64,000 bases of DNA, from sequence record NC_015251.1; one strand, given 5' to 3'. The position numbers were made by a program, and so were the translations under genes. Below the pieces are notes generated by a model, which worked only from the letters and a program-made list of their open reading frames with translations, was not told where the DNA came from and made no database searches. Positions 19,273 through 28,806 of the stretch are shown here, in pieces (position 1 is the stretch's first letter; each line of letters begins with the position of its first letter).

Positions 19273-19965
19273 TTAGGTCAAGCTAGAAGCTTTATTCATG
19301 GAAATAACATAAGTTACATTCGGGCATGTAAATTGAGCGGCACCGCGAATACATTTGATTGTGGTATCACCTTCAAGGAAAGTCATATGCTTCATATCAA
19401 AACGCATATCAAATTCACCAGCATAATCAGTATCGGAAATAACTATATCGAACTGGTTACTTTCTTGGTCTGAAATACCACCAGATTTATCTACATAGAA
19501 AAGTCGAGCAACGATTTTACCATCTTCTTTGATAAACTTCAACATATTCAATTTCAAAGTAGATGACATAGCCTGCAAGCGGGACAGATCATCCGATTTA
19601 AGTTGAAACTCAACTTGTGGGGCAGGAAATACGATTGGTTTCTTTGGATATACAATCTTACTTTCAGGACTCATGATCAGGGTTGCTTTAGCGCCAGATT
19701 CGTGTTTCAGGTTAAGCTTGAGATCATCTTCGCCCGAATCTACAGACATTTCAACTTCACCCTTGAAGTTGTTAAGAACACCCAACATCTGATCCATAGC
19801 ATACAGACAAATTTTCTGTTCGAAGGTATCCTCTACAGTAGCTTCGGCATAGATGTTACCATCAGCGGTTCGGGTATTAATAAAATTACCCGGTTGAATC
19901 AAGATAGAAGGATTGATAGAAGAAAAAAGTTTCAGGATATCAATGGTGGATTTGTTGATTTTCAT
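19273..19965 (-). CDS. 45: sliding clamp
   Basis: MKINKSTIDILKLFSSINPSI..., YPKKPIVFP; synteny. Confidence 0.92.
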   Translation of the reverse strand: MKINKSTIDILKLFSSINPSILIQPGNFINTRTADGNIYAEATVEDTFEQKICLYAMDQMLGVLNNFKGEVEMSVDSGEDDLKLNLKHESGAKATLIMSPESKIVYPKKPIVFPAPQVEFQLKSDDLSRLQAMSSTLKLNMLKFIKEDGKIVARLFYVDKSGGISDQESNQFDIVISDTDYAGEFDMRFDMKHMTFLEGDTTIKCIRGAAQFTCPNVTYVISMNKASSLT

Positions 19966-20037
19966 TACTCATATTACCTTTTGGTTAGATTTTTTGGAAT
20001 GCATCCCAATATGGATGACGCCCATTCATGATTTTAA

Positions 20038-20172
20038 TTAATTCTTCAGGTTGAAATCGTTGTTGCATACTTCAATAGGAACAACAAATTCAACAGGTTC
20101 CTCAGATACTTTATTAGTTAATACCCAGAGGTTTTTAGCCTCTGGATACACTTCATGTAAATTTTCAAACAT
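20038..20172 (-). CDS. small hypothetical protein (44 aa, MFENLHEVY...); absent from ORF track
   Basis: TAATG overlap with the gene 46 stop; 45.2-like position. Confidence 0.5.
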   Translation of the reverse strand: MFENLHEVYPEAKNLWVLTNKVSEEPVEFVVPIEVCNNDFNLKN

Positions 20173-22499
20173 TATTCTCGTTCCATTTCGGTGAAACGAC
20201 CCTTTTTAGTCATTTTTATATGACTGGTAAAGCTATCGTCTCGGTTTTCTACTCTATGGGAAATAATGAAGGTATTACCACCAATCTCGTTTAGTAGACG
20301 ATTCACCGCATATACACCATCGGAATCCATACCACCATCAAAGATTTCATCTAGGATCAACATGGAAATGTTAGTACCAGAAACCATTGACGCGATATAT
20401 CTCCAAGTGAAAAGAAGCGCGATATTAATTCTTGCTTTTTCACCTTGAGAGAATGACATATAAGTGAATTCATCTCTACCACGGGATTTAATAGACTCTT
20501 CAAAAGATTCATTGAGGGAGAATACGTAATCAGCACCGGTTATAGACAGATATTCGTTGATTTTTGAATTGAAAATTGGGATATATCGTTTAACGATTTC
20601 ACCTTTAATCGCATCATCCTTCAACATGTCTTTCATTATACCACAACTGAACTTATCGTTGAACAAGTTTTCCCGTTCTTCCTGTTTAGTGGTGATTATA
20701 GAAACAACTTCGTCAAGACGAGCTGATGTAAAAGTTTTTTCCTTCAAACTATCAACAACGGATTTAATTTGCTTTGCCATTTCCGAGTTTTCGGAGATAG
20801 ATTTTTCCTCAGACTTAATAGAATGAGTTATAGCAGCCCTTCGAAGTTTGAGGTCTTCAACCAGTCTATTATGATCTGATTTCGCGGCGTTAATCTCGCG
20901 TTCTTTATCCAAATCAATCCTATCAAGTTTTGCTTGGTTTTCACTGATCCGAGTTTTAAGATCGATTACTTCTGATGACTTTGCAGTTTCAAGAGCGGAT
21001 ACTTTTCGGGAAGTTTCTCCGGAAATAGTCTCCAACCTAACCTTAATTTCCGATATCTTATTAGAGATTGAGCTATTGTGTTCTGATATCTCTCTCTGTT
21101 CTTTAAGAACGTCCCCAGATATAGCCTGATTGAATTTCTTTTCTCCATCCGACCACAACATCATCTTTGAATCGAAATCGATTATAGACTGTTCTACAGC
21201 GATTTTGTGGTCATCGCGAGCTTTAGTAGCATCTACATTTTTCTGTTCAGCAACAGAAAGCTTTTTCTCTGCTTCCGCCAAATCTTTACGAATTTCGTCA
21301 ACGTGATCATGACCGTCAGATACATCAGTACCACAGGTAGGACATACCCCGTTATCAAAGTTGGCAAGCGCCTTTTTCTTTTCTGTAATTTCGTATTGAA
21401 TCCGGAAAATTTCTCCTTGAATTTCACTTACGAGATCAGACAGAGACTTATCTTCTTTTATCCGAGTATCAGATGGTTTTTCTACATCAAAAACCTTACC
21501 TTGAATTTTATTAATTCGAGATTTAGTTTCTTCCTCTGAAATAAGACCAGATTTTAATTCTTCAATTTCCTTAACGAAAATCGATTCATCTACAACTTCA
21601 TTCTTTGCAATCTGAATAAGATTATCGTATTTTTCATTAACTAAGTCAAGAGCTTTATTATCAGACTCGATAGAACCTTTTAAAGAAATAGAATCCACTG
21701 AATAGTTAGTTTCTATTGCTTTAATTACTTCATCAATAACCGTAGAATCAATATCAACCAATCCATCAAGTTCGGTATTAAGCTTCTCTATGTTCTCTTT
21801 AGACAATTTAACCCGACTAACTAATGAGCGGATTTGGTTAGATTGATGTTCTATAACATCGTCATTTGATTTCTTTTGTTCTTCAATAGAATTCAAAATA
21901 GATTTACGTTCATTATCCAAACCACCAATTTCAACATCAACCAGATCCATTGCGGTACTAACACGCTTCAGCTCTACGTTGTTTAGCTTATTCATCTGAC
22001 CAAGTACAGACAATTGAAGAAGATCCTCAACCATTGTCCGGCGTTGTTCTGGCTTCAATTCCATGAATGGGGTGTATCCAGCAGTACCCAATACAATCAA
22101 CTGTTTGAAGCTTTCATGGGAAACGTTAAGAATATCCTCTTCCAAAATACGTTGATATTCGGTCGCGCTTGCGGCTTCTGGAATAGGTTCACCATCGATA
22201 GTCTTTGAAACGTTCGGCTTCATACCACGTTCGATATGTACCAATTTATTACCAATAGTGACTTCACCAGATACCAAAAGGTTTTTCTTGTTGATCTGGT
22301 TGATAAGCTGTTCTTTTTTGAGTTTACGATAAGACTTACCATACAGCAAAAAAGAAAGAGCCTCGATCATAGTAGACTTACCAGCACCATTAGTACCGGT
22401 TACTAGTGTCTTTTCAGTTAGGTCTAATTGTACCCGTATCGGGTTACTACCAACCGACATAATATTTTTGTATTCAATATAATTAAATGTAATATTCAT
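20172..22499 (-). CDS. 46: recombination exonuclease ATPase subunit (Rad50/SbcC-like), long coiled coil
   Basis: GTNGAGKS, Zn hook CPTC, signature FSQGEKAR, LILDEIFD, IISHR. Confidence 0.95.
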   Translation of the reverse strand: MNITFNYIEYKNIMSVGSNPIRVQLDLTEKTLVTGTNGAGKSTMIEALSFLLYGKSYRKLKKEQLINQINKKNLLVSGEVTIGNKLVHIERGMKPNVSKTIDGEPIPEAASATEYQRILEEDILNVSHESFKQLIVLGTAGYTPFMELKPEQRRTMVEDLLQLSVLGQMNKLNNVELKRVSTAMDLVDVEIGGLDNERKSILNSIEEQKKSNDDVIEHQSNQIRSLVSRVKLSKENIEKLNTELDGLVDIDSTVIDEVIKAIETNYSVDSISLKGSIESDNKALDLVNEKYDNLIQIAKNEVVDESIFVKEIEELKSGLISEEETKSRINKIQGKVFDVEKPSDTRIKEDKSLSDLVSEIQGEIFRIQYEITEKKKALANFDNGVCPTCGTDVSDGHDHVDEIRKDLAEAEKKLSVAEQKNVDATKARDDHKIAVEQSIIDFDSKMMLWSDGEKKFNQAISGDVLKEQREISEHNSSISNKISEIKVRLETISGETSRKVSALETAKSSEVIDLKTRISENQAKLDRIDLDKEREINAAKSDHNRLVEDLKLRRAAITHSIKSEEKSISENSEMAKQIKSVVDSLKEKTFTSARLDEVVSIITTKQEERENLFNDKFSCGIMKDMLKDDAIKGEIVKRYIPIFNSKINEYLSITGADYVFSLNESFEESIKSRGRDEFTYMSFSQGEKARINIALLFTWRYIASMVSGTNISMLILDEIFDGGMDSDGVYAVNRLLNEIGGNTFIISHRVENRDDSFTSHIKMTKKGRFTEMERE

Positions 22500-22732
22500 T
22501 TATTAATTACCTTCATAAGTTCATCATCAATATTTGATATCATTTCTTTAATAACTTTGTCATATGAAACATTTAATTTAGAAATATCCGCTATTGATAT
22601 TACGGTAGTATATTCGTATCCATATAAGGTTGCAGATATACGAATATTGTCACCAACTAAAAATATTGATTTATAAGCATCTGGATGCAATCGATCATCC
22701 ATCCAAATAGATATTTTATAAAAGTCTATCAT
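22496..22732 (-). CDS. hypothetical protein between 47 and 46
   Basis: 78 aa with ATGA overlaps on both sides. Confidence 0.7.
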   Translation of the reverse strand: MIDFYKISIWMDDRLHPDAYKSIFLVGDNIRISATLYGYEYTTVISIADISKLNVSYDKVIKEMISNIDDELMKVINK

Positions 22733-23754
22733 ATACTAGATTCCATATATAGACGATTTGCATAATCAAGAACCCTAGATTTTTCTATTGATTCCAAATC
22801 CATCGATTCAATATATTCTGTAATCATCTGGTTTATTTTCTTAATTTCAACTTCGGTATCCGCGCTATCAAGGGAACCACCAAAATCTTCAAGATATTTC
22901 ACACTCAATTTTTCTACAACTTCTTCAAGTGCAACCAATGTGGCATCTAGATTTTTATCAGATTTATCAACAATTAGCATTACACTCTTATTAGCATACA
23001 TACTAACGTCTTTCTTGTCAACTTTATTATAATTGACCTTGACATGCCAAACGGTTTCATTCGGGATCATTTCGATAGATTCATCTTCCGTATCGAATAC
23101 ATAGAATCCTCTAATATCGTTACAATCATTCATTGTAATTGTATATGGAGTACCCAGATAATGAACGTTACCTTTCTTACTAGCGGCGTGATAGTGTCCA
23201 GAGAATGCAGTCTTATAGCCACTCAGGAAGTCCTTAGATTCACCGGACATTGCCGGTATACCTGTGTAGAAGTCAAAGCCCACAAGCTCCCAGTGACCGA
23301 TTGAGTAAGGAGAATCGCTGTTTTTAATAAACTCTCGGATCTGTTCTTTGTTCTCCTTACATTCCCATGGGATCATATCAATCATAACACTACCAACGCT
23401 GATAGTTGTCGGTTCGTTATGTACATGGAAAAGTGGGTCTTTATGGAAATTCTCATGAACAGAGTTAGGCATGATCTTATTTTTGTAATGTAGATCATGG
23501 TTACCCGGAATTAATTCTATTCGGTCGAATGCGTCAGCCAACATAGGTCGAATTTCTTCACGCATAAACCGTTGGGTTTCTTGAGTGATACCACTACGAA
23601 CATCAAACCAGTCCCCAGCTTGAAGAAGGATTTTAATCCCGTTCGCTTTTGCATAATCACACATCTGTTTGAAGAAAGAACGTTGGATCTGTTGGATCCA
23701 TTTACTATCTTTATTTTCGCCTAAGTGAGTATCACCAATCTTGATTGCTTTCAT
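22729..23754 (-). CDS. 47: recombination nuclease subunit (Mre11/SbcD-like)
   Basis: GDTHLG, AGDWFD, GNHD, GHWE, SGHYH metallophosphoesterase motifs. Confidence 0.96.
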   Translation of the reverse strand: MKAIKIGDTHLGENKDSKWIQQIQRSFFKQMCDYAKANGIKILLQAGDWFDVRSGITQETQRFMREEIRPMLADAFDRIELIPGNHDLHYKNKIMPNSVHENFHKDPLFHVHNEPTTISVGSVMIDMIPWECKENKEQIREFIKNSDSPYSIGHWELVGFDFYTGIPAMSGESKDFLSGYKTAFSGHYHAASKKGNVHYLGTPYTITMNDCNDIRGFYVFDTEDESIEMIPNETVWHVKVNYNKVDKKDVSMYANKSVMLIVDKSDKNLDATLVALEEVVEKLSVKYLEDFGGSLDSADTEVEIKKINQMITEYIESMDLESIEKSRVLDYANRLYMESSI

Positions 23755-23767
23755 TCATTATTCCTCA

Positions 23768-23787
23768 TAAAGGGGCTTTCACCCCTA
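23768..23787 (-). terminator. intrinsic terminator
   Basis: Minus strand AGGGG-TGAAAG-CCCCTTTT. Confidence 0.65.
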
Positions 23788-23794
23788 ATCTATT

Positions 23795-24169
23795 TTATAC
23801 AGAACAAACCGGAACAGTCTTACCGGTTGTTCGTGGAACATTATATTGCTGTTGTTCTTGAATTTTAATAGCACCCAAAATAATTTCATCGGTTTGCTTT
23901 TTTGAAGTAATCCAGAGACTATGAAGAGTTTCAGAATCCAGAGGACTTTGTTGACAGATATTACGCAATTTCGTAATAGCATATTTATATCCATCTTCAT
24001 TGCAGGAGATTAGACATTCACGGGAATGTGCTGTGAGTCGGTCAATCTCTTTCTTATTCTTTTTATAATGCTTAGAAGCCATTTTATTAATTGCTTGTTT
24101 TTGTACTTCAGAAAGACTCACTTCGTCATTAGCTTTCACATGCATTTGAATTTCTTGATTATCAGTCAT
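23795..24169 (-). CDS. a-gt.4: T4 a-gt.4-like conserved protein
   Basis: KKEIDRL...YKYAITKLRNI...LW.TS.KQ pattern; synteny. Confidence 0.8.
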   Translation of the reverse strand: MTDNQEIQMHVKANDEVSLSEVQKQAINKMASKHYKKNKKEIDRLTAHSRECLISCNEDGYKYAITKLRNICQQSPLDSETLHSLWITSKKQTDEIILGAIKIQEQQQYNVPRTTGKTVPVCSV

Positions 24170-24177
24170 TTTATGCC

Positions 24178-24393
24178 TTAATTATAATGTTTGTATTCTA
24201 TGTTAATACCATCAACGCACGTAGTGGATATTTTTCCAAATATTACAGTCGGCATCGGATTTTTAGGATTTACAAAATCAAAATCAATAGGGAAACCTGC
24301 CGATTTCATTTCAACCAACATAATATATTGTAGAGCTGAATAGTCGTAATTTGTAATTTCCAACATATCCAATAAATTAAGATTCAGTTTCAT
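24178..24393 (-). CDS. small conserved protein in the a-gt.5 position
   Basis: Start re-assigned to MKLNLNLL, overlapping the gene 55 end. Confidence 0.6.
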   Translation of the reverse strand: MKLNLNLLDMLEITNYDYSALQYIMLVEMKSAGFPIDFDFVNPKNPMPTVIFGKISTTCVDGINIEYKHYN

Positions 24394-24913
24394 CTTCGGA
24401 TTCCTCCAAATCATATAACCAATCCAGTTCTCCAATATCTTCGTCTTTATCTTTTTGCTTTTTCTTTACAGATTCCTCATATGAGGAAACTTTATCAACC
24501 AGATCAAGATAAAAATCAGGGTCAACCATTTCTCCCATATCTTCATCGTCTCCATCATAAACACATTCGATGAAGTATCTGTTTTTGGTTGCTTCTTTCT
24601 TTTTCTCTTTCCGTAGTTCATCAAAGAAACAACGGGCGGCAATCATAGTAACATAAGCATGTGCATTGTCAAATTTATTTTCATCAAACTTATGAATCTT
24701 TCTTACTAGGATCTCTTGGGCTTCTGAAACCATATTTTCTTTCCAAACGTCAGTATAACGTCTGAATCTATAATATTCAGTAAGACCATTAACAATGTTC
24801 ATAATAGCCAATCCGAGGCTATCCGACATTTTTTTGGGCGGGTCTTCCGCTCTATCTTTTTTCCACTGAACTATATCAGCGATTAGTTTGTCATTGTCAA
24901 CATATACAGTCAT
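24377..24913 (-). CDS. 55: late transcription sigma factor
   Basis: YVDNDKL...FRRYT...ENMVSEA...FDENKFDNAHAYVT; C-terminal LDWLY clamp motif. Confidence 0.95.
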   Translation of the reverse strand: MTVYVDNDKLIADIVQWKKDRAEDPPKKMSDSLGLAIMNIVNGLTEYYRFRRYTDVWKENMVSEAQEILVRKIHKFDENKFDNAHAYVTMIAARCFFDELRKEKKKEATKNRYFIECVYDGDDEDMGEMVDPDFYLDLVDKVSSYEESVKKKQKDKDEDIGELDWLYDLEESEDETES

Positions 24914-24938
24914 TGCTTAACCTCGTTATCTTTGTCCT

Positions 24939-24951
24939 ATTATAACACAAA
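24939..24951 (-). promoter_or_regulatory. extended -10 promoter for gene 55 (TGTGTTATAAT)
   Basis: Direct motif ~25 nt upstream of the ATG. Confidence 0.6.
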
Positions 24952-24963
24952 GACACATGTTCC

Positions 24964-26409
24964 TTATACTTTTCTTCTTGCATTTATCCACTCCCTCACC
25001 TCTACAATATCGCTAGGTTCAAGAATAGAATATTTCTTACCTATCTTTTTTTGATGATAAGATAATGCAGATTGTTCTTTATTATCCAGATCAAACATAG
25101 ACTTGAAACTTTCTTTTCTAATACGAGGAACCGTTTCTTTCTTTCTTGGTTTACTCTCCTTAGTGGAGTCAATCATCAAAGAATAATCTATTTTAGCATC
25201 AGGGAGATATTTATCTTTTAGATAGTTCGCTACCCGTAGATCCGGAACAATAAGACGAACCATCGACATACTTTTGTTATTCCGGATATCTGTACGTAAA
25301 CAAAGCTGGAAAGCAGGTTCTAGATACTTAGACACCAGAAACGCATTTGTAAGGCGATCTACATCAAGACCCTGATTATAACTGAGGGATCTTAATAGTT
25401 CTAATTGCCATGGACTTGGGTTGTATGAGAATAATGCAACGGCGGTCGTAAAGTTCATATAATTGTTCATCCCGTGTGGATTGTATGGGATACGACTTCC
25501 TCCCGACAATGGTCCACGGTAAGAATTTGTTGTGTATATGTAATTTACATTACCAACTATATTCAAGACCCAAATCTTAACTTTATAAAACGTTTCACCT
25601 TCTATCTCGGTATCTGCTGCATACCTAGACCAATTCCCATCATAAACAGGAACAATCTCAATACGTTGTGTATTCTTATAATTTCTAAAATCCAAACGGG
25701 ATACTAACGGACTTTCTACAAACTCCCATCCGGAATATTCCTTTAGTACAGTTCCCGTGAAGGTTTCACTAAAATTAGCACACGCAATTGTTATTTTAGA
25801 AAACATATTCCAAGACTGAGTGCTCATATCTTCAACAAAATAAGCACAATTCTCTTTAACTACTACGGGGATCCCTACCAGTAAAGCCTTAACTAGAGGA
25901 AATACACTATTAGAAACAACGTCTAGATTATACAATCCATCCTTTGCAATATCTTCTAGTTGTTTTCTGTTCTTCTCAATTAGAACCATCCGACCTTTTT
26001 CTGAGATTTCACAGTATTTTGAAACAACTTCAATATTAGTTTTGAACTGTATCTGACGAAGATCTACCATATCAGGTACTTCGTCAATATAAAGTTCATG
26101 ACCCTCAAACATATCAAAATATGGGAAGTTCATTAGTGCTGAGTGAGTAATAAAAATTACTCTATGGTTTCCAATAGCATCTTTAATCGATTCAAAAACA
26201 GATGCCTTTCTTTTTATATTATCAGTATCAATAACAATAGCGTCAGTATATCCAAGAGTCATTGTATAAAAATCGAATGACTGCTTAGACAACTGACAAG
26301 AAATAGAAGCTATGATGGTAGGCTTTTTATTCCTACCAACATGTTTTAAAATCGCTTTAGTTTTACCGCTACCGGGAACTGAGGTTAAAACTTCAACCTT
26401 TAATCCCAT
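24964..26409 (-). CDS. superfamily 2-like helicase/ATPase, function unknown
   Basis: 481 aa; Walker A PGSGKT near the N-terminus, FITHSAL, Walker B LYIDEVP, QLCLRTDIR (motif VI-like); basic C-terminus. Confidence 0.75.
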   Translation of the reverse strand: MGLKVEVLTSVPGSGKTKAILKHVGRNKKPTIIASISCQLSKQSFDFYTMTLGYTDAIVIDTDNIKRKASVFESIKDAIGNHRVIFITHSALMNFPYFDMFEGHELYIDEVPDMVDLRQIQFKTNIEVVSKYCEISEKGRMVLIEKNRKQLEDIAKDGLYNLDVVSNSVFPLVKALLVGIPVVVKENCAYFVEDMSTQSWNMFSKITIACANFSETFTGTVLKEYSGWEFVESPLVSRLDFRNYKNTQRIEIVPVYDGNWSRYAADTEIEGETFYKVKIWVLNIVGNVNYIYTTNSYRGPLSGGSRIPYNPHGMNNYMNFTTAVALFSYNPSPWQLELLRSLSYNQGLDVDRLTNAFLVSKYLEPAFQLCLRTDIRNNKSMSMVRLIVPDLRVANYLKDKYLPDAKIDYSLMIDSTKESKPRKKETVPRIRKESFKSMFDLDNKEQSALSYHQKKIGKKYSILEPSDIVEVREWINARRKV

Positions 26410-26650
26410 TATCTACTCCAAAAACTGATGCATCGTGATATTCAAGTATATACCCAACTGCGATTTCACGCAAGCGGTTTTTATGAATACTGCCTATATG
26501 TGCGGTTTCTCGCTGCATATAATCCACAATGATATCAAGGAATTTAGGAGTAATTTCCCTTTTATTTTCTACACGAACATCAACACTATCTAATATATTC
26601 TTTTTACATAGATTTTGAATACTAATATAATTTTCACGGGTTAGTTTCAT
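26393..26650 (-). CDS. hypothetical protein
   Basis: 85 aa, overlapping both neighbours. Confidence 0.7.
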   Translation of the reverse strand: MKLTRENYISIQNLCKKNILDSVDVRVENKREITPKFLDIIVDYMQRETAHIGSIHKNRLREIAVGYILEYHDASVFGVDNGIKG

Positions 26651-27225
26651 TTTACAATTTCCATAAGTTTAAGATCCTGCTTTAGGCCCTTTTCAACTAA
26701 ATTCCAGTAACGATAGCCCATCTTTCTTAGTGCGCTATATAGTTGATCATCTGTTATTTTATTGCTGTTTAGACGTTTAGCATCTTTTATAATTTTATAC
26801 TTGTATCCACGATGGTCTTTATCTATATAGATCAACCCAGCAAACTTAGGTATATCTTCAACAGTCACCATATCTTTTGGTACAATATACCAGAAATAGT
26901 TTAGAAGTCTACCTTTTTCTAGAGCTTCATACTTAGGAAGACACTCATATGAGTATCTTTCTCCATCTTTTGGTAATCTTACAGTTTTTGATGCATCATT
27001 TTTGAAATCTGCAACCGTAAGTTTTATTTCAAATTCATCAACAAATCCCGACTTACGGACCCCCATTAGGTCAGCTTCAAGATCCCATCTATAAAAGCAG
27101 TTAGGGACAATTGGACAATATTTCTTTTGAAGCTTAATAGAGGTCCCAATAATGGCTTGTACCTTAGATTCAGTTAATTCTCCTTTTTCAAAGGGAATAC
27201 TGGTTATTCTTTTAATCATCGCCAT
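26647..27225 (-). CDS. MmcB-like PD-(D/E)xK nuclease
   Basis: EADL...EFEIK...ADFKND, NYFWYIVP, IPKFAGL pattern typical of MmcB-like proteins. Confidence 0.7.
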   Translation of the reverse strand: MAMIKRITSIPFEKGELTESKVQAIIGTSIKLQKKYCPIVPNCFYRWDLEADLMGVRKSGFVDEFEIKLTVADFKNDASKTVRLPKDGERYSYECLPKYEALEKGRLLNYFWYIVPKDMVTVEDIPKFAGLIYIDKDHRGYKYKIIKDAKRLNSNKITDDQLYSALRKMGYRYWNLVEKGLKQDLKLMEIVK

Positions 27226-27493
27226 ATAAATCCTTAAATTGCTTCAAGGAGCCTATATATTGCCCATCAACAAATATACGTGGAAACGAGGTTGGCCTAG
27301 TCTGCATATTTGCTCTTGCTTTACATTCATCGAACTTTTCAAGGATATAATCAAATCCTAATTGGTTATTTGCTTTTTTAAGAACGGGTATGATTTCGTA
27401 ATCATACCCTTTTTCAAAACACAACCTAATAGCAGATATACATCCCGAACATTTCGCAACGTCTTCCGGAATTCCATATATCTCTACTTTCAA
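27212..27493 (-). CDS. nrdH: glutaredoxin (NrdH-like)
   Basis: CSGC redox motif; SFPRIFVDGQYIG. Confidence 0.85.
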   Translation of the reverse strand: MKVEIYGIPEDVAKCSGCISAIRLCFEKGYDYEIIPVLKKANNQLGFDYILEKFDECKARANMQTRPTSFPRIFVDGQYIGSLKQFKDLYGDD

Positions 27494-27729
27494 AGTTCAC
27501 CTCTCGATACAAAACCCCTACGAAGAGTAGAAAACCAAGATTCAATCTTTTCTAATTCACTAGTATCTGCGGGATTCAATTCTTTAACTTTTTTGATAAT
27601 TGCATCCAATGTATGCAATTCATTTAGTTTAAACGATTTACCATAAAAATAACAAAATACTTGATCGTAAGTTAGACGATCATAATTTAGATTAGGCAAT
27701 ATAACTACGGAACTCATCAAAACCTCCAA
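27490..27729 (-). CDS. hypothetical protein
   Basis: 79 aa between the two glutaredoxins. Confidence 0.65.
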   Translation of the reverse strand: MEVLMSSVVILPNLNYDRLTYDQVFCYFYGKSFKLNELHTLDAIIKKVKELNPADTSELEKIESWFSTLRRGFVSRGEL

Positions 27730-27961
27730 TCAACTCATTACCTTTGAAAATCTGTGGCATGGTGAAACCTGTCATTGGAAGGTCTAGAGATTTTCTAAGT
27801 TCACCAAGAGTTTTTTTATTTTCTCTGGATTCTTCGGAAGTTCCTTCTTTAAGAATAGGTTTAAATTCAAAATCAATACCGCGAGATTCAGCCAACATTT
27901 TTGCTTTAATGCATGGCTTACATTTATAATTGTCTGGGTCGAAACCGAAAATAGTAATCAC
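27692..27961 (-). CDS. nrdC: glutaredoxin/thioredoxin NrdC
   Basis: IFGFD...CKPC, TMPQIF, IGGFDEF as in T4 NrdC. Confidence 0.9.
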   Translation of the reverse strand: MITIFGFDPDNYKCKPCIKAKMLAESRGIDFEFKPILKEGTSEESRENKKTLGELRKSLDLPMTGFTMPQIFKGNELIGGFDEFRSYIA

Positions 27962-27971
27962 TTATTTTTCC

Positions 27972-28334
27972 TTATAGAGAAGCTGTAAAAGTACGAGAAA
28001 CAACATCGCGTTGTTGTTCTGGGGTTAGAGAATTAAATCTAACGGCATAACCAGATACTCGAATTGTCAATTGTGGGTATTTTTCTGGAAATTTAATTGC
28101 ATCTTCTAAAGTTTCTTTATTCAAGACATTTACATTTAAATGTTGACCCCCTTCAACCAAAGGAACTTGTTCAACATTAACTGATACCATATTATCAGGT
28201 TCGTACTCTTTAAAATATTCTACATTAATTTTTACGCCTTCCAATGATGGATCGCTCTTACAAATAGAAATAACTCCGAATACATCATCTTCAGTCAATA
28301 TTACAATATCGTTGTCGTAAATATAACCTTTCAT
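27972..28334 (-). CDS. grcA: autonomous glycyl radical cofactor (GrcA/YfiD, T4 vs.6)
   Basis: [11 protein letters not shown]...[31 protein letters not shown]. Confidence 0.96.
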   Translation of the reverse strand: MKGYIYDNDIVILTEDDVFGVISICKSDPSLEGVKINVEYFKEYEPDNMVSVNVEQVPLVEGGQHLNVNVLNKETLEDAIKFPEKYPQLTIRVSGYAVRFNSLTPEQQRDVVSRTFTASL

Positions 28335-28335
28335 T

Positions 28336-28806
28336 TTATACCTCTTTAAGAAAATGAATTATTTGATTGGATGAACCTCTCCATATGAGATAGATATCTT
28401 TTTTATCTTCATCGAATTTACCATCGATCAATACATCCACGTAATCAAGTATACCACACATCAAGGGATCCTGAATACATTGGGCTTTGGTGTACCCAGT
28501 CCATAACCATACAGTTTTATTTGGGAAATTAGACTTAAACCATACAAGAAAATCATGAAGCCCTTGTCGATTTTTTATGAACATAGGATCGCCGCCGAGA
28601 AGAGATATCCCGTCTCGGTTAACCTTACTATCTGTCATATCACGTTCAACCATGGGTTTAATGTCTATAAATCTCCCATTATCATATGACCATGTGTGTT
28701 TAGAAAAACATCCCTTACACATATGGTCACATCCGGAAAACCAAATACTCGAACGGGTTCCAAACCCGTTCGACATATCAGTTTTTTTATAGTCTAAAAT
28801 CTTCAT
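28336..28806 (-). CDS. nrdG: anaerobic RNR activase (radical SAM)
   Basis: GCDHMCKGC (CxxxCxxC), LLGGDP, WRGSSNQ. Confidence 0.95.
   Translation of the reverse strand: MKILDYKKTDMSNGFGTRSSIWFSGCDHMCKGCFSKHTWSYDNGRFIDIKPMVERDMTDSKVNRDGISLLGGDPMFIKNRQGLHDFLVWFKSNFPNKTVWLWTGYTKAQCIQDPLMCGILDYVDVLIDGKFDEDKKDIYLIWRGSSNQIIHFLKEV

Noticed and set aside
19985-20029. 14-codon micro-ORF MNGRHPYWDAFQKI upstream of gene 45
   Set aside because: No SD and too short to support; not recognisable as RpbA.
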